A stretch of 63,799 nucleotides of DNA, counting the filler, from Octopus bimaculoides (lineage: Eukaryota), in NCBI RefSeq assembly GCF_001194135.2. It is 7 parts of 6 records of this genome, joined end to end, with 100 filler letters (N's around TTAATTAATTAA, not from the genome) between each part and the next. Parts side by side here need not be neighbours in the genome. Positions count along the whole stretch, not along the records: positions 17,384 to 49,149 come from NC_069004.1; 6 more parts are not named here. One strand, 5' to 3'. Below, piece after piece: positions 23,571 through 36,724 of this stretch (positions are counted from its first letter, which is position 1; every line of letters begins with the position of its first letter). The translations under genes and the position numbers were made by a program. The notes beneath the pieces were generated by a model. The model saw nothing but the letters and a program-made list of their open reading frames with translations. It did no database searches and was not told the origin of the DNA.

Positions 23571-25294
23571 TATAAAACAAAACATTTGGCTCTATCCCAC
23601 ACCAGAGTCTGTCATTATACAAAGTTAATTTATGAATGTCTAGATTTTATATACTTTTTTGAAAACATTTAGGAAAATAAGTTATTAGGTTTACTCTCCT
23701 CCACAAGCATGCATATTCTTTTATATACCCAAATACAAGTTTGTGTGTATAGCTTATATATACAGTAAAAACCCATGTAATTTGCACACCTGTGTAAATT
23801 ACACAGGTGATTTTCAGGATAAAAATTGTTAAAAAAGCTTCTACTCATGTAAAATTTGCACCCAAAAGTTTTCAGAATTGCCAATATGGCCAGGGGGAAA
23901 AGGTTTTCAATTTAGTTGTATTTAGCATAATTCCACTTACTTATGATTAGATTTTAGTAAATTTTCATTAAATAAAAATAATTTCAGTTTAACAGGTATC
24001 ACATTGAAAGCTATTAAATTACAAAGTACTTGTGTTGTTTATAAACTTTATTTTACATTTCTTTCCCACACGAGATTATGTCCAATCTTTAGCATACTTC
24101 TGTATGTCTTTTCAAATCACAATCACAGGAAAAGTTGTTAATTCTTATCAACAAAAACAAAGATGATAAATATGCACAAGTGTTGCAAATTAAGTTTAAT
24201 TACCAATAAACATCAGCTTGTATGACACTTTACTCACCCAACAGAGGAAGGCGACCGATCAAACTGATTATGTAAACAGAATCCTGATTGGTCTTCTTGT
24301 CTCAAGCTCTGATTTTCCGCCTATTCTTGTCAGAACTTTTGATATGGAGTATCAAAATTTTAATCTCTTTCACACTTATAAAATGTCAAGCAAACTTAAA
24401 AATTTGTCATTACCATTTTAGCCAAGAGACCAAACTGATAGTTTGGTAACCCACTAAAATAAACATTAAAAATCGAAAGAAAATAAACAGCTTTGGATGT
24501 TTAACTCAGTGTTTATTGAACAAGAAAGGTATAAAATTTAAGAAGTGACTTGCTAGAATATACACGTCTGTGAGGAGATGTAAACAAGAACTGTAAAAAT
24601 CTACTATACCAAAAGAACTGGTAATTACAAGTATTCTATGAAGAGAACATAAGATTGCTGCATAATTCAACATGAATGTGAAATTATATTAAACATCGTA
24701 TAAGGTAAATAAAGGTTTCTGTAGGAATGCTAAATCATATTCACTTAGTGAGTTTACATGCGTAAGGATGAATTATGACGTTGTCAGTGGGGTTAGATAT
24801 AGTAAAATATGGCCCAGACCGTGATTACCAGCATGAACATCAAACTTCAAAAAGAAGTTAACCATTTAATGGTTTTAGTAAATTCATACAGAAAAAGTAA
24901 GCATTATACTGTCCAGCATAAATAAAAGTCAACTTCATTATATTTTTTCTGTAAAAACCTATTCTGACATTAAATGAGTCAACTTTTGATATGAATGTAC
25001 GGCATTTTTCAACAAAAAAAATTTCTAAAACAATTCTGGAAACAATCTACTCATGTAATTTATGTACCCGCTAAAGTTTATTTTTGTTTTTGTGAAAAAA
25101 GTGCGTAAATTACATGGGTTTTTACAGTATATATATATAAATATATATATATATATGCTTATGGAGGAGAGTAAACCTAATAACTTATTTTCCTAAATGT
25201 TTTTTAAAAAAAGTATATAAAATCTAGACATTCATAAATTAACTTTGTATAATGACAAATTCTGGCATAGGATAGAGCCAAATGTTTTCTTATA
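23571..25294. repeat. 140-bp inverted duplication (23571-23710 / 25155-25294) enclosing a pogo-like element
   Basis: The arms are reverse complements at more than 90% identity by eye. Confidence 0.85.
23763..25127 (-). mobile_element. Non-autonomous pogo/Tc-like DNA transposon
   Basis: TIRs C(A/T)GTAAAAACCCATGTAATTT, TA flanks, AT-rich interior. Confidence 0.65.
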
Positions 25295-27667
25295 ACAGTG
25301 AGGGGCTATTTTAGATTACCTTCAAGTAGATAGTTGACAAGCATAAGAACTGGTCAGTCTCTATCACTTTATCACATTGTTATCTCTAAACGCTTAATTT
25401 CATTCTTTATTTTGTTTTTCATTTTCTTCTTAATAATCTGATCATGATGATAGAATTGTATTTTATAGTTAACTGGACATGGTGTTTTTGTTTCTTTGTT
25501 TTTATATTTTGTATTTCAATTATACTTTTGTTTTGTCTGTTATTTCATCTAAGGATTTAGTTTCGCCTGCAAATTGCTGAAAACAGCACATTTCTTTGAG
25601 TATTCATTCTTGTATAGAGTGAAATGGCAGTTTGATCTAATGAAGGGCTTATTCAAAATAATCACCTGAAGAAACACATTTTTCACCTTTGATGAATAGC
25701 AGTAATTATGCAGTATGTTAATCATATCTCACCAATGTACTATGGGTGCGATGATGTGTGGAAACAATTGTAGTGATATGGAATAAAGAATACCGTTCAA
25801 TCCATTTTCTTTTATTCATCTCTTTGTGTAAGCTCTATGGATGCTATGGAATTCTAGATGTATATCCAGTGACAAGTGTATTCCCACTGTATGATGATAT
25901 TCATTAGCCAATACCTGTGGATGAGCTTTTTATAGCATACTACAAGATTTTTACCCAAATTTTATTCAGCTATACAAACACACGCACACACACACACACA
26001 CACACATGTGTGTGTGTGTGTGTTTGTATTTGTGTCCCCTCCTCCCACTTCACAACTAGTGTGGTTTCGTTTAGTCCTTGCAACCTAGAATAAGTACCAA
26101 ACTTAAAAATAAATGCTGTGTCAATTTATTCAACTAAACCCTTCAATGTGGTGCCCCAGTGTGGTTGCAATCCAGTGACTAAAACAAGTAAAAGATAAAC
26201 AATAAAAGATCATTCAATATGTCACCACCTACCTGAACGACCTAAATCCATATCATTAGCTCACTTTTTTGAAATAATGCAAATTTTATTGGCCAAAATT
26301 TTCTTTGCAACTCTTTTATATTTGTAAAAATTTCTGCTCTCTGATCAAAACAGGCTTGAGAAGAGTAAACTTTGCTTGTGCACTCTAATAAAACTGAAGC
26401 ATGTCTAAAACTGTCCTCCAATCTGCTATCATAAATCAGGTTCCTCCCCTGTACATAAAAATTCGATTTTATGAGAAATTATTTCTTAATGTTTTAAAAT
26501 CAACATTTTTCTCCTCACAAATTTATGGACTTGTTCCTATATAGGAAATCTATTTTCAAAATTATCTTCCTTTGTCTTTAAGAGTCTTTAACAATCGCTG
26601 TTGGACTTGTGGTTTCTTTCTCCAAATAAGAGGAAATTTTCAATTCATTTAGAATGTTTCTATATACATTATTCAGTTCATCACAACCTGCCTGAATAGT
26701 TCAATATAATTCACTATTTTCCTGTTTGATATGATATATGAAAATTCAACAGCCGTTGTCATTTAGTAATCATAATTAATATTGACAGAAGGGGCAAATA
26801 ATAGCAGCATTTTGGTTGGGGTTAAACTTCTAACTCTCTCAGTCAGATTAACACTAAGTATTGTTACATAATCATACAAAAAAACCTTATCTTTAAAGTG
26901 GGGAACATATGTTTTCTTAAGACCTCTAAATCTTAGTAACAAAATGCTTTATATTAACTGCAAATAGAAACATCATCAAAGTGGTTATTTCAAATATCTG
27001 TCTCCAAGCAATATGTTTACTCAACCAGAACTGACTAATGTATTAATAACAGCAATACCAACAGAAAAGGAAACAAGAGTATTTAAAATCTTGCTTTTTA
27101 TTGGTTTTTGTTAAAATCTTAGTTGCTCACTCACTAAGTAGAGAGAAGCAGAAGTCCAAAAATGTATTTGATTAAATTTTCTGGAAGGTATCCATCAGTT
27201 TGGGGAAAGGTTGTTTTTATTTATTGATCATCTGACACACAGACACAGACACAAAAATGCACACAATGGGCTTCTTTCAGTTTCCACTACCAAATCTAAT
27301 CATAGTCTGGGTTATAGTAGGAGACACAAGGTCACCTCTCCAATGCCCTCTCCTTGCTCAAAGGTTCTTTGTTTTGCAAGTTATTTGGTGACCCTTCCAG
27401 TGCTGGTGCCACATAAAAAGCATCCAGTCCACACTGTAAAGTGGTTGGCATTTAGAAGGGCATCCAGTTACAAAAAACATGCCAAAACTGACCTCACTTG
27501 TGCTAGTGCCACGTAAAGCACTCAGTCTACTCTGTGAGATGGTTGGTGTTAGGAAGAGCATTCAGTTGTAAAAACCATGCCAAAATAGACACAGAAGTCT
27601 GGTGCAGTCTTCTACCTGGCCAGCTCCTGTCAAACTGTCCAACCCATGTCAGCATGGAAAGCAGATG

Positions 27668-27884
27668 TTAATCCTTTTGATATCAACCTGCCTGAAACTA
27701 CCTCTGGCTCTGTTTTCAAAAGTTCTGAATTAAAATCTTCCACAAAACTTCTTTAGTCACAATTCATGTTCCTAACACTAGCTTAATGATAACTAAGTTA
27801 TTTTACTAAATTCTTTGTTATATTTAAAATGAATTGAAAGAAACACAGAGCATCTCAACAGAAATATGGTAACAAAAGGGTTAA
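27668..27884. mobile_element. piggyBac-type MITE, copy 3, nested in an RTE-type tail
   Basis: TTAA...AAAAGGG-TTAA. The host tail CATGGAAAGCAGATG-TTAA resumes as A-TAATGATGATG. Confidence 0.8.
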
Positions 27885-28269
27885 ATAATGATGATGATGA
27901 CGATGACGATGATGATGATGACATAAGTAATTTCAGTTAGTTTTTGGAAGTATTTAATAAAATATCTGTAATTTTATATATTGGTATATATTACAGAGCA
28001 TGACAGCTAGTTTGCATGAAGTGAAAAAAAAATATTTTAAATTTTTATCAATAATTTAATAAATAAGGAAGTACAAAGGTAAGCCAAAAGTTTTGCAATA
28101 TTTCCATACATGCTAGTTTGCAGTGTGGGTATCATAGTAGTTCAAGTCATGAAAGATGCCCACTGGAGTTGGTAGTATTGTGGTAGTTGGTGTGCTGATG
28201 CATTGCTTTACTTTGTATGTGATTTGAAAGACACACAGATGAACACGCAACATAGTCTAATTTAGGAAC

Positions 28270-29265
28270 CTATGCTTTAGGAGTTTGAACTGGGCCTTAA
28301 TGCTATAGAAGCAACCAAAACATTTGTTGTGTGAAAGGTGAAGGTGCAGCTGATCACAGTACAATAACCAGACGGTTCAGACAAGGTCAGGTAGGCACAA
28401 AACCATGGATTTCAAGGCTGAGCTCCAAGCCAGAAGTCCAGCAAGTAGCACTTGGAGAGTACCATGCAAGCTCACCATATCACAGTCCAGTATGATTCAT
28501 CACCTTCATAACTTCAGCAAAATTACCTGAAACTGCCAAATTGTGCCTCACAAATTGACTCCAGGTGAAGTACAGAGACGAGTGGATGTTTGCAAGGAAC
28601 TCCAGGGAAACCTGAATGACTTGTGTTTCCTCAAAAGCATAATGTGTGATTAAATGGGTATTTTTTATACAATTTTTATGCATGCATAAGCAGTGGTTAA
28701 GCAAGGGCCAGCTTCCAGAACTCATCGTCAAACATTGGTGTTTCAAACACAAGGTGATGCTCTGCATCTGGTGGAATTATGAGAGAATAATTCACTATTA
28801 GTTCATTCCAGATGGTCGAACTATTGATGCCAAACTGTACTCCAAACAGTTGGAGTAGATGTATGCCATTGTACTGCAAAGATACCTGGCATTGATAAAC
28901 AGAAAGCAAGCTAACGCATGACCTCAAATCATGCAAATGACCAGGAACTTGATAGAAATGAACTGATGCCACACCCATCATATAGTATGGACCTAGCTCC
29001 CTTGGACTCTTCCTTGTTCTGATCCATAGCTCTCTTCCTGCACTCATAAGATTTCATTAACCAAGAAGAGTTGGAAGCTTCAGTGAAGGAGTTCTTCACC
29101 TCAAAGGACAAGAACTAATATCAGCTGGGATCAAAGAACTGGCAAAAGAAGTAGCTTCAGGCAGGACAACATGAGGGCTTCTAATTTGAATGCCGGGCTT
29201 CTTTTGTTATAACTTGACAAATAAAGCAAATAAGTTACCAAAATATTATAAAACTGAATCTTGTA
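28270..29265 (+). mobile_element. Heavily decayed mariner transposase
   Basis: EFELGLNAIEATK..DHSTITRRF, KVMLCIWWNYE, IDAKLYSKQL and MPHPSYSMDLAP can be read across many stops and frameshifts. Confidence 0.75.
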
Positions 29266-29274
29266 CGTGTGTGT

Positions 29275-31455
29275 CATCATCATCACTTAATGTTGCCTTC
29301 CATACTGGCATGGGTGAGTGTCTTACAGGAACCGGCCAGCCAAAAGCCTGCACCAGACTTCTGTGACTGCTTTGGCAGGATATTTACAGATGGATGCCCT
29401 TCCTAACACCAACCACTCAGCAGAATGAACTTAGTGCTTTTTACCTTGCACAAGTACAGGCGAGGTCAGTTTTGGTAAGGTTTTTATAGCTGGATGCCCT
29501 TTAAAGTATAGACTGGGTGCTTTTCAGTGGCACCTGCACTGACAAGTCACCAAGTACTTATAAAACAACAAAAAAATCTCTTTTGAGAGGGGAGGGGGCA
29601 TCTTGTTTCAGATGATGAAAGGTTATAGTGAGAGAGAGAGAGAGAGAGACAGGTGTCATGCTGTAGAGGAGGCACAAGGTTACCTGGTGAGAGAGAGAGA
29701 GAGATCTGGAATGAAGTCAGAAACAGGGGCACTGCCGCAAAGGAAAACATGGTTACCCACTCTGGGTGAAGTGCAGGAGAAGGAGAGAGAGAGTAGGAAA
29801 CATCAGGATAGAGATGGTGGCAAAGTGTTGGGTATACTCAAGAGGAACGGAGATCAGAATATAAATGGGATGGTTGAGTACAGGAAGAAAGAGACATAGA
29901 TGGTGCCAAGTGCCAGGACATACTCTTCAGGTTCGAATGTCATGATATAAGTGGCAGGATAATTCAAATAAGTGTGATTACAGAGTGTGAGGGGGGGGAG
30001 TGGCAAAAATCTGAGTATATATAGAGTTGGGAGGGGAGGGGCTACCAGATAGCAATGATACAGAGGAACAGGGCCGTGAGGACAGGATTGGGGAATGAGG
30101 GGTAGGCATAGTATATGGAGGAGGAAATGTGAGGAAGAGAAGAGATGTAGTTTGGTTTGTTGGAGTAGGGTGTGAGAAATGTTTCTTGTTCCGTGAGGGT
30201 AGAACACACTGGTCAGGGGCTAACAGATATCAATGATTCAGTGAGACAGGGTGTGTGGGTGGGACACACAGGTTGCAGGCTAGCAGAGAGTAATGATACA
30301 GTGGGTCAGGGCCTAGAGAACAGGATTGGGGAGTGGGAGTTAAGCATAGTGCATGAAGTTGAAATGTGAGGGAGAGAAGAGATGTAGTTTGGTTTGTTGT
30401 GGTGGAATGTGTGAGAAGTTTTCTGGTTGAGTGTGGGTAGGACACACAGCACCTCTTGAACTCACTTTTGCTGACGTGAGCAGGTCTTCTCAAGAACCTC
30501 ATATCACTAGACATCTAGGTCCATTGTCATTTCCTCTGTGAGGCCCAACATTCTGAGATCAGTCCTTACCACTTCATCCCATGTCTTCCTCTTTCACAGA
30601 CACCATCCACTTTCAGTGATTGGCACTTCTTTATGCAGCTATCTTCATTCATATGCATCACATGTCCAAACCAATGTAGTCTTCTCTCTTGCATGCCACA
30701 TTTGATTCCTCATATGCCCAACGTTTCTCTCGATACATTTGCACTTTGTCATACATGCACACTGATGTTGCACATCCAACAAAGCATACTACCTTCAATT
30801 CTCTCCAGTCTACACGTATCTTCTGCATTCAGAGCCCATGTCTCACTACTATGGAGTACAGCCATTCACACACAAGCATCATACAGTCTACCTTTCACTC
30901 TGAGAGAGAGTCCTTTTGTTGCCAACAGGTTTTGTTCCATACCTGAAATTTCTTCTCCAATTTTGCTAAAGATTCTGCAATAAGAGCAAGGTTATCAGCA
31001 TATAGTAGTTCCCATGAGCACCCAGTTTTGAATTCCTCTGTTATGGCCTGGAGGACAATAATGAATAAGACATGTACATTAAATTCATCACTATAGTCAT
31101 GGCCAATTCTCACATCACTAACAGCATTACTGTGCATGGCTTGGACAGCTCTAACAAGCCACTCATCTACTCCTAAATTCCTTAGAGACCACCATATAAC
31201 AGAGCGGGGAACTCTGTTGAAAGCTTTCTCCAGGTCGACAAAGTACAATGGCTTACTTTTGGTCAAGTACTTTTCGTGCAGCTGTCTCACTGGGAAGATG
31301 GCATCTGTGGTACTCTTCCCAGGTATAAAGCCAAACTGCATCTCATCTAGTTTAATTTTATTTCTAATCAATTGAGCTATAACCCTCTCAGCAACTTTCA
31401 TGACTTGGTCTAGCAATTTAATACCTCTGTAGTTGTTTCTATCTAAGACATAAAC
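29275..31455 (-). mobile_element. 5'-truncated RTE-clade LINE (RT, C-terminus, long 3' UTR with an internal duplication, (GAT)n tail)
   Basis: DRNNYRGIKLL..QFGFIPGKSTTDAIF..LLYADNL. Duplicated ~130-bp blocks near 30050 and 30285. Tail CATCATCATC at 29275. Confidence 0.88.
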
Positions 31456-34400
31456 CTCTTTGTTCGTCTTAAACACGTGAAGGGCATTCGCTGGGTAGTC
31501 ATTGTCTTCTTTGGTGATGACTCTGGTCTTAAGCAAGGTTATATCATCTTCCATGCAGGTAGCTGTCCTGACCCTCATCAACAATTGGGCAAAACATTGA
31601 TCATCCTTTTGTCGCACGCTCTCTGTGAGTTCCATCACTTTGAAGTTTTCCTCCCACAGAGATCCATGCAAGCAGGCGTAGTTGTCTCTCAGGAGGCCAA
31701 AGACATGATTCTGGCCTACAGGTTGCAGTTGGTAGAGATCCTCAAAGGCCAGCACACTGACTCCTCCAAATCAGGAATTTGGGTCAGAGTTCCCACAGAT
31801 GCCTTGAAGCCGGCGATGGATGTAGTAGAGGAGGTTGGCTCCAACCATAGACACCTCATCTATAATTAGGAGCTTCAATTTGCCCAACCTTGAGCGGAGT
31901 GTATGTAGCTTCTCACAGCCTGCTGATTGGTACTGGGCACTAGTCTTGTGTCCACAACTAAATCCAAGAGCTGAATGCAGTGTCATCCCCTCAATTCCAA
32001 ATGCTGCTGTCCCTGTGAAAGCAGTCAACAGAACGGGAAGTTCATCAGGACCGAAATGTCCAGAGAATGGTTTTAGCAGCTTCATAGTTTCATAGTGAAC
32101 CAGCTTGATAATATGGCTCTTCCCAATTCCTCCTGGCCCACTGCGAAAAACTTTGTACTGCAGCATGGGTCAGTCATGTTTCAGAGCTAAGATCGCATCT
32201 TTACACCACTTTCGATGAAACATAACTTCCATCTGCTTTTTGTTCAGTGACTGCATCATGGCTCTGTACTGCTTAAGATTCATTAGGACCTTACTAAGCT
32301 CTGCAGTGAAATGAGCATGAAGCTCTGAGCGATTACCTGACACCTCTGGAGATAGATCGACATTTGGGACCACAGCATCCCAGGCATCATCGGGAGGTCC
32401 CATCCTTTTCAAATCATCATAGGCTCTGTCCAGTTCATCAGTGTTAACACTGAACATGGCTTCGTTAGAATGGATAGTAGCTCCGATGCTTTTGTAGTGT
32501 TCTTGGTAGGATGGATAGTCAGCTTTCAAATCAATCTCTTCATCTCGCAATGGATAGTAAAGCAACAACAGGTTCCTGTATCTGCCTTCTCCTTCCTTCT
32601 TTTCTTTGTAGAACCTTATGATGCAGTGGCGCTTACGTTTTTCAATGCATCCCAAGCTGTTTTTTAGAGTGATAACTTTTGGGAGTTGTCTGCAATTTCT
32701 TCAGTATCTGAGTTATTGCCACCATCTTCGATGTCATCACTTCCGTCTAAAACATCAGGAGCATCTTTTCCTCCAATTGTGTAAGTGTCTGCAAAGCACA
32801 TATCTTTGAGGACATCAGGTCGCATGGCATAGCGGTCAAGCGGTGACGTAAAAAAGATCTCTTCATCGTCTTCGTCCATACCTTGGAGGATCTTCTGCGG
32901 CTTAAGCATGGACACACGTTTGTCTTTTGGTGCAGTGTTGAGAAACACCACTTTTCAACTGGCCCTCTTCAGTGGCAGGGAGAGGATCCTATAAGCAGCT
33001 TCCTGAGCACTAACTTACCTGTTGTTCAGAAAAGCTATCCTACTTTTCTCAGTTTTGATTTCAAGTCTTCACCTCTGCTTTCTTCAGCTATTTTTTTCAG
33101 CAGTTCACTCATAGTCCTCTCACTTTTCATCATGTAACTGATGATGTACATGATGCATGAGTATGGGTCCATGATGAACTGCAGGTCCATGTTGGCACAC
33201 CAGATTTTGAGGATCTTCAGTTTATACTAGTTGATCCACCTTTCTGAAGGTTGACACTTCAACACCATCTGTTTCTCCGATTTCACTAGTTTGACCACAC
33301 CATGGTATTCTTGCGGGTTGTCATCAGACATTTGCAAGAAATCTTCAAAGGAAGTATCCTCAGGAACGTCCTTGTCTTCCATGACATTGCTGACGAGCAA
33401 TCACAGTTTCAGAAGAGGGGTAATGAGGGAAATGGAATCTGCATGATCCACCTCTTCGGCATGTTGCTGAGTGCACATGCTTCTGAAGAGAGAGAACGAG
33501 CTGTCTCAAATCGCTCTCTTCTTCCCCTGGAATGACGCACGTCTGTTGCTGGTCGATGAATGTAGCGATTTCTTCATCAGTGTTCACATCAAGTTTCAGC
33601 ACATCTTTTATCTATAAAATGGTGTGCGAGTGTGGAGAACCTCTTGCTTGAAACTCAATGTGTATCATGTAGTCTACTAGCACGCCAATGGGATGTGCCC
33701 TTCCACCGATGAACTCTTTGAAGAATATGTCCAATCTGTGTTTGAACTGTAACTGGGTTGCATTTGAGCCACTTACACTTTTGCTCCCATGGCATTTTCT
33801 TGATGTCATCAGCAGTCAGCTCTTTTCCATACTGATGAGCTATACTCTTGATGACTTCTGGCCACTGCATGTCAGCTGCTGACAGAGTAAGGAACCACAT
33901 GGGAATTCCAAGTTGCCGCACCATGGCAAGCAAATCTAGCAATACAGTATTCCAGTATGCAGGAGAACCTCGAATGTTCTTCATGAACTTGAAAGCAGCG
34001 TCAGTGTGAAGCATAGCCTGAACATTCTCAGTGATCTTCATAAGTCCAGCATTTACCTTTCTGTTTTGAAACGTCTGTCCTCGTGTCTGCCTCAGAGATA
34101 TTTGTATATCATCACGGACTTGCTTGGCATCTATAGCATACTGGGCTGCAAGAAGGTAGTCAATATTGCTGGCAAATCTCCCATCTTTGTTCAGTAGCTG
34201 CTGATTGAAGTAATTTCTTGACGTTCTTCTTTTCTCTCTCCTCAGACAGTCTTCCACGCCCAAGAGTATACTTGAAAGGATTTGCCAGCTCTTCAAAGTT
34301 TCTGTATGTGAGGAAACGGCAGGGCATTTTGTTTTTCCTCTGGAGCCACAGAAAAGGTGTGCTTTCACCATCAGCTACCTGTTCTTCTTGCAGCAATGTG

Positions 34401-36230
34401 TCATATGGAATGCCTCGCAGTTTGCTTGTCTGCTCAAAGTGAATCGTGTCTTCCTCATCTTCCAGCACTTGTTTTTTCTTTCTGCCTTCTGTTTCCTGAG
34501 TGAACCAAGACTTGGCATCATGTAGTGCCACATAATGTACCTCACCCATCAGCCCAGTTGTCATTGTCCTATCACTTATTTGTCCTCAGGGATGAATATC
34601 ATGAGGCCATTCAGGAGTAATAGTGTTGATGATCTCGATGTTGTGATTCAACATATCTGCAACTCCTTGGACTGCCAGGTTGTCAGCCCATGCGCCATTT
34701 CTCAGCTCATCAATATACATGTCATAGGCCCTCCTCTGCTGCTGACTTAGGGTTTCATGTACAGATGACTGGTGTAGGCTGTTGTTAAGTTGTAAAAAGC
34801 CAAAGTAGTACTGCTTGTCAGATGTTGTTTCAAGATAGTCAATGAACTTTTGTTGTATGTCAGGCCCATCAATGTTCTGCTCTTCAAGTGAAGTGAGAGA
34901 TGCTGATACGGCATGAAAGAAGCAGTTACCATCTGCAGGGATCTGCTTTATCTTCAAGTTGCACCTCTTAGCCAGATGTTCCAGCATGCGGCAATTGTTT
35001 CCAATTGGCATGGGTGACAGAGGAGCAGGGGATTCTGGTCGATCAACTTCCATCTCCTCTGGACAGGCTTTGGCTACTGCTTCTCACAGCTCTGGATCAT
35101 CATTTTCCCACCGATTTTCCCAGTCTGTGCAGATGACGATGTCCTTATACAAAGGGTTGTTCTGCTTCAACCAGTTGAGTGCCTCCATCACCTTTTTAGG
35201 CCGAATGTATTCGTGCATATAATGCCCTTTGTAGCAGAGCTTTCTCTTCAGTTTCAGAGCTACCACTTCTGTTGTGTCTGGAAGCCTCAGCAACAATGAC
35301 ATCACAGGTTGTAGCTTTGATGACACATTTACTGCACTACCATGGATGGCTTTTTGTCCTCCTTTTGGCAGACCCACAAGCTTCATAAATGGGATCCTCT
35401 GACTGATCAGTCTCAGCTCTAGAAGCCTCAGGTCAGATAGTGATGGTGGTATTACATCCAGGCCCAAGCCATTGATCCATGATTGAATTGGAACTTTTCC
35501 ATGCTTCATCGACAAATGGCAGGTGTTGCAAACCCATGATTTGTCATATGTCATTCCACTGCTTGCTTTAAGAATGTTGTCAATTGTTCTGTTTGTGGGA
35601 TATTTCTCACCCTTCATCTCCAGAACTGATGGCCAGTAATGCAGTCGGTGACAAGAGCAGCAAGCATAGATGGGTCCTTCCTCCATCTTAGCCATGAAGA
35701 CTGCAGCACTTTCTTCCACAGCCAATTCATTCTTCTTTTCTCTATGACCTTGCATCCTGTTTTTCTCTATGATCCGTCGAACTTTAGCTGCCTGCGGTGT
35801 TTTTTACTGCCTATGCATGTGCATTTCTGCCCTGACAGACGTACGGCGAGTATCAGCAGCCTCCAGCGTTTCTTTCTCCCTAAGTCTTTGCTTTTTTGCC
35901 CTGTCAGATGCCAGATGAGTCTCAGCAGCCTTCAGTGTTTCATTCTCCCTAACTCTCTGCTTTTTTGCACAGTCACTTGCAGTGAGTCTCAACAGCCTCC
36001 AGTGTTTCCTTCTCCCTAAGTTGCCACCTTTTTGCACTGTTAGTTGCACGGTGAGTCTCGGCAGTCTCCGGCATTTCGTTTTGCCTGTGTCTTCACTTTT
36101 GTGCACTGTCAGTCGCTGGTGCCTCTTCCTGCCTTTTCTTTTTCATACGCTCTGCATTTTCTTTCTTTCGTTGCTCCACACTTTAAGATCTAGAAGGAGG
36201 CATGACTGCTGTGGTTGAATGTTTTTCCAA
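31456..36230 (-). pseudogene. Decayed Helentron (Helitron2-type) RepHel polyprotein: N-terminal repeats, DUF6570-like, OTU protease, HUH Rep, PIF1 helicase (truncated)
   Basis: ADGNCFFHAVS...EVHYVAL (OTU). IRGSPAYW, FLTLSAAD, IEFQARGSPHSH, ANMDLQF..YIISY, VSAQEAAYR (Rep). GPGGIGKS, TAFTGTAA, DEVSM, DLYQLQPV, ELTESVRQKDD (helicase). Many stops and frameshifts. Confidence 0.93.
35760..36110 (-). repeat. About five 69-bp (23-aa) coding repeats at the RepHel N-terminus
   Basis: Unit consensus approximately DRAKKQRLREKETLEAAETRRAS, seen in ORF 35804-36106. Confidence 0.8.
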
Positions 36231-36724
36231 AGTAGGCCTACTATCTGATAAGTCACTCCTGTTAAGATCAGCTGGTGTCTTACTGAAGATCTTTTACAAG
36301 TTATATTTTTCAAGCACAAGATTCAAGTATGTGAAATTGTGAATGTGAGTAAAATTACTAATAGAGAAATGAAAATAAAACTTTGGAAACAGCAACGCCA
36401 CCATAGGTTATGTGAAAAACATATGGATGTGTTTTCATGAGAAATAATCAGAGAAAGAGTTCAAAGAACATAACATTGTAATACTGCATGTAAATATAGC
36501 AATTAAATAATAAACGGTACCAACACATATGCACTTATACATACACACACGTATACAACAGGCACACTCATACACATTCCCATATTCTCATATGCAGACA
36601 TGGACATACACACATAAATACATCTTACTCCAAAGGCTTTAGAATGTCCAGAGCAACAGTTCGACCAACTGAACTCTAAGCTGGCTGTACAATAGATGGA
36701 CTGTTACCAATGTAACCAGTTTTT

